Positions 10,243-20,566 of a stretch of 64,000 bases of DNA are shown one piece after another (position 1 is the first letter of the stretch; each line of letters opens with the position of its first letter). Both the position numbers and the translations under genes were made by a program. Under the pieces are notes generated by a model. The model ran no database searches, was not told the origin of the DNA, and saw nothing but the letters and a program-made list of their open reading frames with translations. The stretch is from positions 17,595 to 81,594 of the forward strand of contig JBDLJS010000001.1 of assembly GCA_039714235.1 (NCBI GenBank), read 5' to 3'. This DNA is from Bacteroidota bacterium (GTDB lineage Bacteria > Bacteroidota > Bacteroidia > Bacteroidales > Prolixibacteraceae).

Positions 10243-10767
10243 TTAAAATTCAAAATCCGGACGAATTAGTTCAATCCATGCAGCAATTCGTTCATTGGTC
10301 AGCTCTGGTTCAAAATCTTCATCGAGGGGCAAACCAATAAACATACCATCAATTACAGCCTCCGATTCTTCAAATTCGTAACCTTCCGTGGAAACCGGCC
10401 CTACAAGCTCAGCTCCGTTTTTCATCAGTTCTTTTCCCAGCACCCCAATATGATCAACAAAACCATGTGCATATGTAATGTGGTCGCCTAATCCAAAAAC
10501 AGCAACTGATTTATTTGAGTAATCTGTTTTTCCAATTTCGGGCATAAACTTTCCCCAGTCGTTGGTAGAATATGCCGAATCCCAGGTATCTTTTCCAACA
10601 GTTGAAAGCCCGAATATTATTTTGTCATATTTTTCCAGATCAGCTACCGTTGCATCTTTAACAACAACCATCTCAACATTTTTTTCACCAATGGTATCTT
10701 TTATTTTATTGGCAACACGGTCTACTGCTCCTCCAGCAGGTCCGTAAAAAATTGCAATTTTACTCAT
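10243..10767 (-). CDS. Long-chain flavodoxin
   Basis: IAIFYGPAGG, LSTVG, VAVFGLGDH, FIGLPLDED. Confidence 0.88.
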   Translation of the reverse strand: MSKIAIFYGPAGGAVDRVANKIKDTIGEKNVEMVVVKDATVADLEKYDKIIFGLSTVGKDTWDSAYSTNDWGKFMPEIGKTDYSNKSVAVFGLGDHITYAHGFVDHIGVLGKELMKNGAELVGPVSTEGYEFEESEAVIDGMFIGLPLDEDFEPELTNERIAAWIELIRPDFEF

Positions 10768-10789
10768 ATTCTTAAGTTTTAGTTATTTT

Positions 10790-11626
10790 CTATTGATTAT
10801 GAATTCCCAGTTCACCGCGAACATATTCTCCCAGAATTGAAAGGCTTGAAGCACTTTTTAAAACCTGGTGAATAGCTTTGTCATAATTTTCAGGTTTTTC
10901 CCATTCTATATCAACATGAAATGTATATTCATTTGGTTTTCCGACTTTGGGAACTGATTGAATTTTTGTAAGGTTAATTTCATTCTTTGCAAATACGTTT
11001 AAGACTCTCGCCAAAGCACCGTGGAAGTGTCCAACCTCGAAACAAACCGAGGCTTTATTGGTACCCACCGTTGGATTCCCGTGTTTTGACAAGATCAGAA
11101 AACGGGTATAATTCTTTTTATTGGTTTCAATTCCGGTTTCCAAAACATTTAATCCATAAAGCTCTGCCGAACGTAAATTACCAATTGAAGCCGCATTGGT
11201 TAATTTCTCTTCCGAAATGTATTTCGATGAGCCTGCTGTATCCAACGCTTCATGCAGTTTTGCTTCAGAATAGTACTTTTCTATGTACTCCATACATTGC
11301 TGCAGTGCAATTGGGTGTGAATGAATTTCTTTAATATCGGCAGGTTTAACGCCAGTATTAGCCAATAAATTCATTTGAATATGCAGATAAATCTCCCCAA
11401 TAATTCGCAGGTGGTAATCGCGAATTAGCTGGTAATTTTTTAAAAGGCTTCCGGCTATTGAGTTTTCAATTGCCATTACGGCAAAATCAACCTGGTCATT
11501 ATCAATTAATTCACAAACAGTTGTAAATGTTTTGCATTCAACTACTTCAATATCGTCGTCAAAATATTTTCTGGCTGCATCTTCATGAAAAGAGCCTGCT
11601 ATTCCCTGTACTGCAATTCGTTTCAT
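10790..11626 (-). CDS. pheA: Prephenate dehydratase
   Basis: IENSIAGS, SHPIALQQC, NYTRF and the ACT domain NLTKIQSVP. Confidence 0.92.
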   Translation of the reverse strand: MKRIAVQGIAGSFHEDAARKYFDDDIEVVECKTFTTVCELIDNDQVDFAVMAIENSIAGSLLKNYQLIRDYHLRIIGEIYLHIQMNLLANTGVKPADIKEIHSHPIALQQCMEYIEKYYSEAKLHEALDTAGSSKYISEEKLTNAASIGNLRSAELYGLNVLETGIETNKKNYTRFLILSKHGNPTVGTNKASVCFEVGHFHGALARVLNVFAKNEINLTKIQSVPKVGKPNEYTFHVDIEWEKPENYDKAIHQVLKSASSLSILGEYVRGELGIHNQ

Positions 11627-11699
11627 CCGTGATTTTTAAAAGTCTCAAATATACAAATTATGCTTAGAGACTGTTTGGAATTTATTAATTATGGGTGAA

Positions 11700-12131
11700 T
11701 TATTTCTCGTAAACTGTTTTATCGTCCAGAATCCGGATACCATTAATCTCCAGTCTTCGTACCGCTTCCAGCACATCCGGAACTTCGAGTAATAAAATAG
11801 CCTGATTGTTTTCTGCAATTAATCTGCTGTAAGCACTTTCAATATGAATTCCTGCCCGCGAAATCTTTATGAGAAGCTCGTCCAGACCTCCTGCTTCATC
11901 TTTCATTTCCAGGGCAATAACTTCCCTCATCACAACAGAATTTCCTGCGTCGGAAAGCACCTGGTAGGTTTTTTCAGGCTGGTCAACCAACAGGTTTAAC
12001 ACTCCCCAGCCATGATGCATATTATTTAAAGTAAGTGAACGGATATTTATGTTCTCCTTCTTTAAAATACTTGTAATCCCTTCGAAATGGGTTATCTTAT
12101 TTTCGAGAAATACAGATACTTCGAACGCCAT
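11700..12131 (-). CDS. Double ACT-domain protein
   Basis: 143 aa, EVSVFLENK...NIRSL and D..GGL..LL pattern of the ACT-ACT proteins usually found beside paaK. Confidence 0.75.
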   Translation of the reverse strand: MAFEVSVFLENKITHFEGITSILKKENINIRSLTLNNMHHGWGVLNLLVDQPEKTYQVLSDAGNSVVMREVIALEMKDEAGGLDELLIKISRAGIHIESAYSRLIAENNQAILLLEVPDVLEAVRRLEINGIRILDDKTVYEK

Positions 12132-12143
12132 AATTTTTAAATA

Positions 12144-13388
12144 TTAAAATTTATAAGCAACAGAAACAAGATTCCTGAAATTGGTTACACCTTCAGCATC
12201 TGTAACTTTACTTTTATCGTTATAATCAATATCGCCATATTTGGCGGTAGTCCATGTCAATTCCCACCCAAACATAAAGTTTTTATAATTATAAATCAAC
12301 TGAGGGGCAACTTTCCACATCACATCAACATCGGCTGCCTCACCGTAAAAAGTCTGGCCCACCTGATTTTCAGAAAGGCCCAGGTACTTTAAATGACCGG
12401 CATATAAGCCAACTACCCATTTTTTGCCATAAGTAAAATTCACCCAGTTGTAAATATGATTAGTTGGAGTATAAGTTTCTGTACCTGTGGCAGCATCGTA
12501 ACTTGCTATTGCGTAACCTCCGGGTAATAAACTTTCCGACAGGTTTTGCCCGTAGGTTGATTTGGCTTTAAAAGTAAACATATCTTTGGCGTACTTTATG
12601 TATGCGATAGCTGCTACGGAGCTTAATTTTTCGGTTGTTTTAAAGATTCCGTTGTAACCGGTTGTCGAGGTTCGGGGCTGGATTGTTTTCCAATCGATTA
12701 ATGCACCAACTACCCAGTTTTCGTTATAAAACTGAAGCTGGGCGTGTAAATTGGGCAAGCCTGCATTGCGCTGGTACATATATGTTTTACCATTGGGCTC
12801 ATTGGGCCCAAAGTTGGCATATTTAAACTGGTAAACTGCTGCCAGAATTACATCTATGTTTGAAGTTAAACTATGCGTAAATCGTAACTGGGGGCTACGG
12901 TTAAACACCTGAAACGGCATCCCTGTATTTTCGTTTAGTGTGCTCGGAAATACCTTTTCTATGAATGTTGGATGCCACGTACGGCCAAATAGCAAATGCG
13001 ATTTTTCCCAATCGAATTTGGTATAGGCATGCCGGAACCGAAGACTGTTTGTTGCACTTCCTCCTGTAAAATCAACTTCAACATAAGCGCCAATTCTGGC
13101 TTTTCCTATTTCGAGCCCTGAGAACCGGGTACCAAAACGGGTAAAAGTGTTTAACATATGCAAACTGGATTGCGCGTTTAAATCATCGCCATTCGCATCA
13201 TATTCAGGCCGCAACGGCCATCTTTCAAGCAAGTGGTCTACTGCGTCTTTATTTTTGCGCGAATCGTAAATAAAATCATTTCTCACAAATCCCGAAAGCT
13301 GGACTTTTACATTTTTTGAAGTAATAAATCCCTGGGAATAAACACTAATTGAAGATAAAACCAGAAAAAATACAAGTAATTGTTTCAT
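12144..13388 (-). CDS. DcaP-like outer-membrane porin
   Basis: Signal peptide, GFVRND, E.DF.G....LRFRHAY, RSPQLRF, C-terminal aromatic YKF. Confidence 0.65.
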   Translation of the reverse strand: MKQLLVFFLVLSSISVYSQGFITSKNVKVQLSGFVRNDFIYDSRKNKDAVDHLLERWPLRPEYDANGDDLNAQSSLHMLNTFTRFGTRFSGLEIGKARIGAYVEVDFTGGSATNSLRFRHAYTKFDWEKSHLLFGRTWHPTFIEKVFPSTLNENTGMPFQVFNRSPQLRFTHSLTSNIDVILAAVYQFKYANFGPNEPNGKTYMYQRNAGLPNLHAQLQFYNENWVVGALIDWKTIQPRTSTTGYNGIFKTTEKLSSVAAIAYIKYAKDMFTFKAKSTYGQNLSESLLPGGYAIASYDAATGTETYTPTNHIYNWVNFTYGKKWVVGLYAGHLKYLGLSENQVGQTFYGEAADVDVMWKVAPQLIYNYKNFMFGWELTWTTAKYGDIDYNDKSKVTDAEGVTNFRNLVSVAYKF

Positions 13389-13563
13389 TTTAAAATTGAA
13401 TTATATGGTTAGATAAATTTGAAGCCAGGTTTCTTTTTGAATTATAATATCGTAAAAATATATGTTTTATGTTCATTATTGCTGTACCGGGAATTGCTAC
13501 ACAACACAGTAAGCTTATTTAAAGTGATTATAAACAAGCTAATTTGAATTAATTATTGCAAAA

Positions 13564-13579
13564 TGTAACATCTGTTACA
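13564..13579. promoter_or_regulatory. Palindrome TGTAACA-N2-TGTTACA in a divergent promoter region
   Basis: Perfect 7-bp inverted repeat between the porin and PepSY-TM genes. Confidence 0.45.
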
Positions 13580-13658
13580 ACTCAGAAAACTGAACGATTG
13601 AATATTTGGACAGAAAATAAACAGACAGATTACGAAACATACTATTCTTTTATGTAAG

Positions 13659-15206
13659 ATGAATAAAACAAGGGTAATTAAATTCCTAAAAAAACTCCAT
13701 AAATGGCCGGCAATTATAATTGCCTTAATCGCCATACTTTTTGCTGTATCGGGGATCGTGATGAACCATCGGCAGACCTTTTCTTCGGTTAATGTTTCGA
13801 GAAAATTTTTACCTGCCGGTTATACTTACAAAAACTGGAACCAATCTGCCATAAGAGGAGCAGTTCAAACAAGTCGTGAAGAGCTATTATATGGAAATAT
13901 TGGTGTCTGGAAATCAGTCGACAATTTTAAAACAGTCAGTGATTTCAACCAGGGTTTTCCTAAAGGAATAGACAACCGCAAAGTTTATTCTGTAAAATTG
14001 TTTCAGGATAGACTGTTTGCCGGAACACATTTTGGATTGTATAAAAGAAATCTTCCGAAAGGCAAATGGCAAAAAATCAAGCTTCCGGTAAATAATAACA
14101 GAATTACCGACCTTGAAATAAAAAACGACACACTTTTAGTTTTAACCCGCGATTATTTGCTTTTAAGCAATAACGGCAATGAGTTTAAAACCATACAACT
14201 TCCTGAACCGATAAATTACGAACACAAAACAGGATTATTTAATACATTCTGGGAATTGCACAGTGGCGAATTGTTTGGTTTGGTTGGTAAACTGGTTGTC
14301 GATTTACTGGGTGTGGTAACCATTGTTTTATCCATTACAGGTTTACTCCATTTCTTTCTTCCTAAAATTATCCGCAGGAAAAAACGCAAAGAAAAACCAG
14401 TTTCAATATTAGTACAAACCAAAAAGAAAAATTTACGCTGGCACAATGTTGTTGGCTATATTTTCGTGCTGTTCCTTATTATTAATACGTTTTTAGGAAT
14501 GCATCTACGGCCTCCCCTTCTTATAGCAATTGCAAAGAAACAGGTTGACATTATTCCAGGTACACATTTAGATAACCCGAATCCATGGTTCGACAAATTA
14601 CGAAGAGTACATTGGGATGAAGTAAACAAACGGTTTATATTTTCTACTTCCGACGGGTTCTATTTTGCAGAAAAAACGTTCAGCAAAAAACTACTTCCTG
14701 CCCTGTCGCAGCCACCGGTTAGCGTAATGGGATGTAACGTTTTAGAATCATTGACCAATAACAAACTACTGGTTGGTTCGTTTAGCGGAATGTTTGTTTG
14801 GAATACCCAAAACGGAATAGTAACAGAATATTTTACACAAAAACCTTATGTGCCAGCATACGGATTAGCCAGGCCTATTGCTGAAAATATGGTTGCCGGA
14901 TTGGTACAAATCAATAAAAAAAGCTGGTGGTTCGATTATAACCGGGGAGCTATGGTATTAAATTCCCAGGAATCCCAATCTGCATTTATTCCAATGCCAG
15001 AAACCGTATTAAGCTCTTCACCAATGTCGCTTTGGAATGTTTCGCAGGAAATTCACACCGGCAGGATTTTTGAGCACCTGGTTGGTGGATTCTACATTCT
15101 ATTTGTACCGCTGGCCGGAATTTGTATTTTGCTTGTATTAATCAGCGGATTTTTTATGTGGTGGATGGTTTATAAAAAAAGAGGAATGAAAGTATTAAAA
15201 AATTAA
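13659..15206 (+). CDS. PepSY-associated TM helix domain protein
   Basis: Repeated LHKW, ELHSG, WHNVVG and EIHTG histidine motifs preceding TM helices. Confidence 0.8.
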   Translation: MNKTRVIKFLKKLHKWPAIIIALIAILFAVSGIVMNHRQTFSSVNVSRKFLPAGYTYKNWNQSAIRGAVQTSREELLYGNIGVWKSVDNFKTVSDFNQGFPKGIDNRKVYSVKLFQDRLFAGTHFGLYKRNLPKGKWQKIKLPVNNNRITDLEIKNDTLLVLTRDYLLLSNNGNEFKTIQLPEPINYEHKTGLFNTFWELHSGELFGLVGKLVVDLLGVVTIVLSITGLLHFFLPKIIRRKKRKEKPVSILVQTKKKNLRWHNVVGYIFVLFLIINTFLGMHLRPPLLIAIAKKQVDIIPGTHLDNPNPWFDKLRRVHWDEVNKRFIFSTSDGFYFAEKTFSKKLLPALSQPPVSVMGCNVLESLTNNKLLVGSFSGMFVWNTQNGIVTEYFTQKPYVPAYGLARPIAENMVAGLVQINKKSWWFDYNRGAMVLNSQESQSAFIPMPETVLSSSPMSLWNVSQEIHTGRIFEHLVGGFYILFVPLAGICILLVLISGFFMWWMVYKKRGMKVLKN

Positions 15207-15982
15207 TTCTTTTCGCAACTTAATACAAAAGGCAGATGCTTGCCTCCAAAATTATCTTGTTTGAAATTGGAAAATAACTGAATGTTGCTGAATCCCGTAT
15301 CTTTTAACAGAAATTCTAATTCTTTGCTTTTTAATGCCAGCAGTAAAGTTTCATTAAAAACTCTGAAATTTTCTTCTTTTATTTCCAAAACGGTTTGAAA
15401 ACGAATTAATTTTGATTCCTCCTGAAATTTATATTTACGAATAAACCTTATGTTTTCTGTCTCAATTAAAGGTAACTCTGAAACCTGTTCTCCACAAATG
15501 TAATCATAGTTCAAAATTTGTATCAACAATCTGCCTCCGGTTTTTAAAACCGAGTTCACTCCTTCAAGCATTTGTTGCACCAATTCTACAGTTTGAAGAT
15601 GTACAAGGGTGTTCCCAAAACAAAGCACAGCATCGAATTGCCCGGCCGCAAAATCATTTTTTATCTCTAACATATTCTTTTGTTGAAAATTAAGAGTTGA
15701 ATGAATTTTATTTTTACGGGCCTTGTTAAGTAAATCCCCATTCAAATCAATAGCAACCACTTCAGCACCCAGTTTTGCTATTTGAAAAGCCAGCTCACCG
15801 GTTGCACATCCAATGTCAAGAATTTGTTTTCCGCCTAAATTGCCAATTTTATTTTTTACAAACTTTAATTGCACCGGTTTGTATGGAAAAATTTCGGCGT
15901 AATAATTTGAGATGGAGGTGTAGAATTTGTTCTGTGCGTTATTCATAGTCCGGTATTTGTGATCAAATATGTTGTTGCACAA
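15203..15982 (-). CDS. Class I SAM-dependent methyltransferase
   Basis: ILDIGCATG motif I and FDAVLCFGNTLVH. Confidence 0.88.
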   Translation of the reverse strand: MCNNIFDHKYRTMNNAQNKFYTSISNYYAEIFPYKPVQLKFVKNKIGNLGGKQILDIGCATGELAFQIAKLGAEVVAIDLNGDLLNKARKNKIHSTLNFQQKNMLEIKNDFAAGQFDAVLCFGNTLVHLQTVELVQQMLEGVNSVLKTGGRLLIQILNYDYICGEQVSELPLIETENIRFIRKYKFQEESKLIRFQTVLEIKEENFRVFNETLLLALKSKELEFLLKDTGFSNIQLFSNFKQDNFGGKHLPFVLSCEKN

Positions 15983-16262
15983 TTATTTTAAGCTCACTGG
16001 CAGAGTGCACCCCCGTACCTGTCCATTTAGGTTCGCCGTTTTTAAAAAGCATAATTGTAGGGATGCTTCTTATCTGGTATTTGGCTGCAATATTCTGGTT
16101 TTTATCAACATCTACCTTAATAATGCGAATCTGTTCTTTAAGTTCTTCTTTTAACTGTTTTAATATGGGCGGTATTTGCTTACACGGAGCACACCAGTCG
16201 GCATAAAAATCGACTAATACGGGCCGGTTGGAATTAACTATTTTCTGAAACTTACCTATCAT
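15963..16262 (-). CDS. Thioredoxin
   Basis: VDFYADWCAPCK active site. Confidence 0.92.
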   Translation of the reverse strand: MIGKFQKIVNSNRPVLVDFYADWCAPCKQIPPILKQLKEELKEQIRIIKVDVDKNQNIAAKYQIRSIPTIMLFKNGEPKWTGTGVHSASELKIIVQQHI

Positions 16263-16482
16263 CCGTTTTCTCCCTTCTCTTTTTTATACGAAGTATAATA
16301 TCCTGAATAAAGTCTCCCGTTAAATATCCTATTGCGGCCCCCCACAGTGTGCTCCAGTACCAAACCGACTTTATTGCACATGTTCCGCTGTTACAACCAA
16401 TATATTTCCAATAGAGAAACCCGGCCGCAGCACCCAGAGTCAGGAAGATAATCTGTAAATATTTGTTTCGTACAAATTGCAT
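16252..16482 (-). CDS. Small membrane protein (DUF6132-like)
   Basis: GFLYWKYIGC.SGTCAI motif with two hydrophobic helices. Confidence 0.65.
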   Translation of the reverse strand: MQFVRNKYLQIIFLTLGAAAGFLYWKYIGCNSGTCAIKSVWYWSTLWGAAIGYLTGDFIQDIILRIKKRREKTDDR

Positions 16483-16678
16483 AGTAATTAGTTACAAATC
16501 CTAACAACAATAAACGAATTTGGTTTTGCGTTGTTTTAAAATACTTGTAACCTTTGATTGTTATTCTCTATCATAGCATTGAATAATTCTAAAATCACAA
16601 ATTGAGATGTATGGTTTCCAGTTCAAATTAGTATATTAGCATAAAATCATAATCACCATAATCTTTTAAAAATTAACC

Positions 16679-19498
16679 ATGAAAAAACTTAATCTTTTTA
16701 TGTTAATCTCCGCCATAGCTTTTAGCTTTATGGCTTGCACAACCACGGGGGAGAAGTCGGATGAAAAGCTTTCTGTCCCTTATGTTCAATACCAGTTAGA
16801 TAATGGATTGGATGTAATTCTGCACCAGGACAAATCGGATCCGATTGTAGCTGTAGCCTTACAATACCATGTGGGATCGAACCGCGAAGTACCCGGCAAA
16901 ACCGGATTTGCCCACCTTTTCGAGCACATGATGTTTCAGCAATCGGAAAATGTTGGTCAGGATCAACTTTTCAAAAAGATTCAGGGTGCTGGAGGTACAT
17001 TAAACGGAGGAACCGGTAACGATGGTACCATCTATTTTGAGGTAGTTCCGAAGAACGCCCTTGAAATGGTCCTTTGGCTTGAATCTGACAGATTGGGATA
17101 TCTTGAGAATACAGTTACTAACTCGTCGTTTGCGAACCAGCAAAATGTTGTACAAAACGAAAAACGACAATCTTACGATAACAGGCCTTATGGATTTAGC
17201 CAATGGGTACATGCAACAAATCTGTATCCCGAAGGGCATCCATACAGCTGGACTGTAATAGGTGAAATGGAAGACCTTTTAAACGCGACTGTTGAAGATG
17301 TTAAGGAGTTTCACTCTAAATTTTACGTACCAAATAACACAACACTTGTATTGGCCGGCGATTTTGAAATTGAAGAGGTAAAGCCATTAATAGAAAAGTA
17401 CTTTGGAGAAATTAAAGACGGCGAAAAGGTAATCGATTTGGACCCAATGCCTGTTACTTTGGCAGAGACAAAAAAGCTTTATCACGAAGATAATTTTGCA
17501 AAAACGCCTCAGCTAACCATGATTTGGCCAACTGTTGAGCAATACAGCGAAGATGCTTATGCGTTGAGATTTCTGGGACAAATTCTTAGCGATGGTAAAA
17601 AATCACCTTTTTACAGGGTTATTGTTAAGGATAAGAAACTATCTCCAAGGGCCAGTGCTTACAACCGGGCCATGGAACTGGCCGGCGAATTCCGGGTATC
17701 GATTAATGCAAATGAAGGAACCAGCCTGGCTGATGTTGAAAATGCAGTATTTGAAGCCTTTAAACTTTTTGAAGAAGAAGGAATAACTGAACAAGACCTG
17801 GAAAAACACAAAGCAGGTATAGAAACAGGCTTTTATAATCGTATAAGTTCTGTTTTTATGAAAGCATATCAATTAGCTAATTATAATGAATATGCCGGTT
17901 CTCCGGGATTTATCGAGCAGGATATTGCCAATATTCAGGCAGTTACTATCGACGATATTGTGGCTGCTTACAACAAGTATATTAAGGATAAACCATACCT
18001 GGCAACCAGTTTTGTTCCTAAGGGACAACTGGATTTGGTTGCCGAAAATTCAGGGGATGCAGGAGTTGTGGAAGAGAGTATAACCGATGCCACACAGGTT
18101 GATCAGTCGACTATTGGGGAAGATGAAGAGATTGTAAAAACCGAAACTAGCTTCGACCGTTCGGTTGAACCTGAAAAAGGGCTGGATCCGGCATTGACCG
18201 TTCCGGAGGTTTGGACTGATAAAACGGCAAACGGAATTAAAGTTTATGGTATTGAACACAATGAATTACCCTTGATTCAATACTCCATAGTAATGGACGG
18301 TGGCCATATTCTTGCACCGAAAGACAAAGCTGGCGTTGCCAGTTTCCTTGCCAGTATGTTAAAAGAAGGCACTGCCAGTAAAACTCCGGAAGAACTGGAA
18401 GAAGCCATCGACCTGTTAGGTGCAAGTATAAGTGTTTATTCAGGTACTGAAAGCATGACTGTTAGGGTAAACTGCCTGACGCGTAATTACGAAAAAACAT
18501 TGGCATTGGTTGAAGAAATTCTGCTGCAACCACGTTGGGACGAAGAGCAATTTGAACTGGTGAAATCGCGTATGCTAAATTCTATTAAACGTAACCAGGC
18601 AAGTCCCAATTACCTGGCATATAACAACTTCAATAAGCTTGTTTATGGCAAAGACCATTTTTTAGCAAATCCTTCGGGCGGAACAGAAGAGACAGTAGAG
18701 TCAATAACCATGGATGATCTGAAAGCATTTTATGAAAAAAGCTTCTCTCCATCGGTTGCCAGAATTCACGTGGTTGGTAAGATAGGCCAGGAAAGAGTAC
18801 TGAAAGGATTGGAAAATCTGGCTTCAAACTGGGCAACAAAAGATGTAACAATACAAAAAATTACTGCTCCTTCTGCCCCTGAAAAATCGGCTATCTACTT
18901 TGTCGATGTTCCAGGAGCAAAACAATCGGTAATTTACATCGGACATTATGCTGTGCCACGTTCTTCTGACATGTATCATCCGGCTACTGTAATGAATTAC
19001 AAACTGGGCGGAAGTTTCAACGGAATTGTAAATATGATTCTCAGGGAAGAAAAAGGATTTACATATGGAGCCAGGACAAATTTCTCGGGAGGGAAAACTT
19101 ATGGAACATTTGTTGCCAGTTCAAGTGTTCGTTCAAGCGCAACAGAAGAATCGGTACATATTTTTAAAGATGAAATTGAAAAATACAGAAACGGGATAAC
19201 AAACGAAGACCTTGAGTTCACTAAAAATGCATTAATAAAATCTAATGCCCGCCGGTTTGAAACCATTGGTGCACTGCATGGAATGTTAACATCAATCAGT
19301 GCCTACGATTTGCCATTCGATTATATTAAAAATGAGGAGGAGACAATAAATTCAATGACTCCTGATTCGCATAAAAAACTGGCACAGGAATTAATTCACC
19401 CTGAAAATATGTATTATGTGGTTGTTGGCGATGCCGAAACACAGCTGGAAACGCTAAATAATATAGGATTAGGCAGACCAGTTCTGATAGAGAATTAA
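16679..19498 (+). CDS. M16 family zinc peptidase lipoprotein (pitrilysin-like)
   Basis: Lipobox FMAC, inverted zinc motif HLFEH, duplicated M16 N/C domains. Confidence 0.92.
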   Translation: MKKLNLFMLISAIAFSFMACTTTGEKSDEKLSVPYVQYQLDNGLDVILHQDKSDPIVAVALQYHVGSNREVPGKTGFAHLFEHMMFQQSENVGQDQLFKKIQGAGGTLNGGTGNDGTIYFEVVPKNALEMVLWLESDRLGYLENTVTNSSFANQQNVVQNEKRQSYDNRPYGFSQWVHATNLYPEGHPYSWTVIGEMEDLLNATVEDVKEFHSKFYVPNNTTLVLAGDFEIEEVKPLIEKYFGEIKDGEKVIDLDPMPVTLAETKKLYHEDNFAKTPQLTMIWPTVEQYSEDAYALRFLGQILSDGKKSPFYRVIVKDKKLSPRASAYNRAMELAGEFRVSINANEGTSLADVENAVFEAFKLFEEEGITEQDLEKHKAGIETGFYNRISSVFMKAYQLANYNEYAGSPGFIEQDIANIQAVTIDDIVAAYNKYIKDKPYLATSFVPKGQLDLVAENSGDAGVVEESITDATQVDQSTIGEDEEIVKTETSFDRSVEPEKGLDPALTVPEVWTDKTANGIKVYGIEHNELPLIQYSIVMDGGHILAPKDKAGVASFLASMLKEGTASKTPEELEEAIDLLGASISVYSGTESMTVRVNCLTRNYEKTLALVEEILLQPRWDEEQFELVKSRMLNSIKRNQASPNYLAYNNFNKLVYGKDHFLANPSGGTEETVESITMDDLKAFYEKSFSPSVARIHVVGKIGQERVLKGLENLASNWATKDVTIQKITAPSAPEKSAIYFVDVPGAKQSVIYIGHYAVPRSSDMYHPATVMNYKLGGSFNGIVNMILREEKGFTYGARTNFSGGKTYGTFVASSSVRSSATEESVHIFKDEIEKYRNGITNEDLEFTKNALIKSNARRFETIGALHGMLTSISAYDLPFDYIKNEEETINSMTPDSHKKLAQELIHPENMYYVVVGDAETQLETLNNIGLGRPVLIEN

Positions 19499-19535
19499 AA
19501 TACTTCAATTATTGGAGTAAAATATTAATTTTTGG

Positions 19536-19563
19536 AAAGAGCAGGATTAATCCTGCTCTTTTT
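19536..19563 (+). terminator. Intrinsic terminator after the M16 peptidase
   Basis: AAAGAGCAGGA-TTAA-TCCTGCTCTTT followed by T residues. Confidence 0.75.
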
Positions 19564-19590
19564 CTATTATGATAGTGTTGTATCTGGCAC

Positions 19591-19623
19591 AAAAGAAAGG
19601 AGGGAAACCACTGCTCCCCTCCC
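19591..19623 (-). terminator. Probable terminator after the CvfB-like gene
   Basis: Minus strand GGAGGGGA-GCAGTGGT-TTCCCTCC-TTTCTTTT. Confidence 0.5.
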
Positions 19624-19725
19624 TATTTAACCAAAAATCACAACATGAAAATATTGTTGTTTAAAATTACACAAATTGTCTGTAATAATCAAAAATCCAG
19701 ATATGTTATTTAATACATATCTAAA

Positions 19726-20559
19726 TTATTTTTTTAACCTGATTCCATCCGAATCAAAGTCAATCAACCTTTTTTTATAAAGACCACCAATGGCCTTTTT
19801 AAAATTCTTTTTGCTGATGCCAAACATGGCTTTAATCATTTCCGGGGAAGATTTGTCGGACACAGCCATAAAACCACGGTTTTCTTTTAGTTCATCTAAA
19901 ATCTTTTGCGAAATGGCATCAACTTTTTCATAGCCTGGTTTTTCAAGTAGAAGGTCAATTTTATCGTCTTCGCGAATTTTGCTGATATATCCTTTTGTTT
20001 TCAAACCAACCTGTAACTCTTTATAAATCTGATTTCGATACAACATTCCCGAGTGCTCCCCGTTAATAATGGCTTTGTAGCCCAAATCGGTTTCGTCCGA
20101 GATTATTAAGACTACCTCTTCGCCGGTTTTGTATTCCGGTGGAGTATTATCCAAATATTTATGGAGTTTAGCAGATGCGGCAATCCGGTTTGAAAGCAAG
20201 TCCAGGTAGACATAAACCAGGTAACTGTTTCCAACGGCCATTTTGCTTTTTTGCTCGCGGTAAGGCACCAGCAAATCTTTTGGTAATCCCCAATCGAGAA
20301 ATGCACCAAACTTTGATGTAGCCTTAACCGTTAATAGCACAAAATCTCCGACCATGGCGAATGGCTCCTCTGTTGTTGCCACCAGCCGATCTTCCGAATC
20401 GGTATAAACAAAAACAGCAGCTTCTCCGGCTTCTCTTACCTCATCGGTTACGAACTTCTGTGGCATTAACATCTCACCATGTTCTTCGCCATCGAGGTAA
20501 AGGCCATTTGCTGTTTCGCGAACTACTTTTAGGGAGTTTATTTTTCCTATTTCAACCAT
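19726..20559 (-). CDS. cvfB: CvfB-family S1 RNA-binding protein
   Basis: G..N.L.V, GAFLDWGLPKDLLVP and SKKNFKKAIGGLYK motifs. Confidence 0.85.
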   Translation of the reverse strand: MVEIGKINSLKVVRETANGLYLDGEEHGEMLMPQKFVTDEVREAGEAAVFVYTDSEDRLVATTEEPFAMVGDFVLLTVKATSKFGAFLDWGLPKDLLVPYREQKSKMAVGNSYLVYVYLDLLSNRIAASAKLHKYLDNTPPEYKTGEEVVLIISDETDLGYKAIINGEHSGMLYRNQIYKELQVGLKTKGYISKIREDDKIDLLLEKPGYEKVDAISQKILDELKENRGFMAVSDKSSPEMIKAMFGISKKNFKKAIGGLYKKRLIDFDSDGIRLKK

Positions 20560-20566
20560 GTCATGA

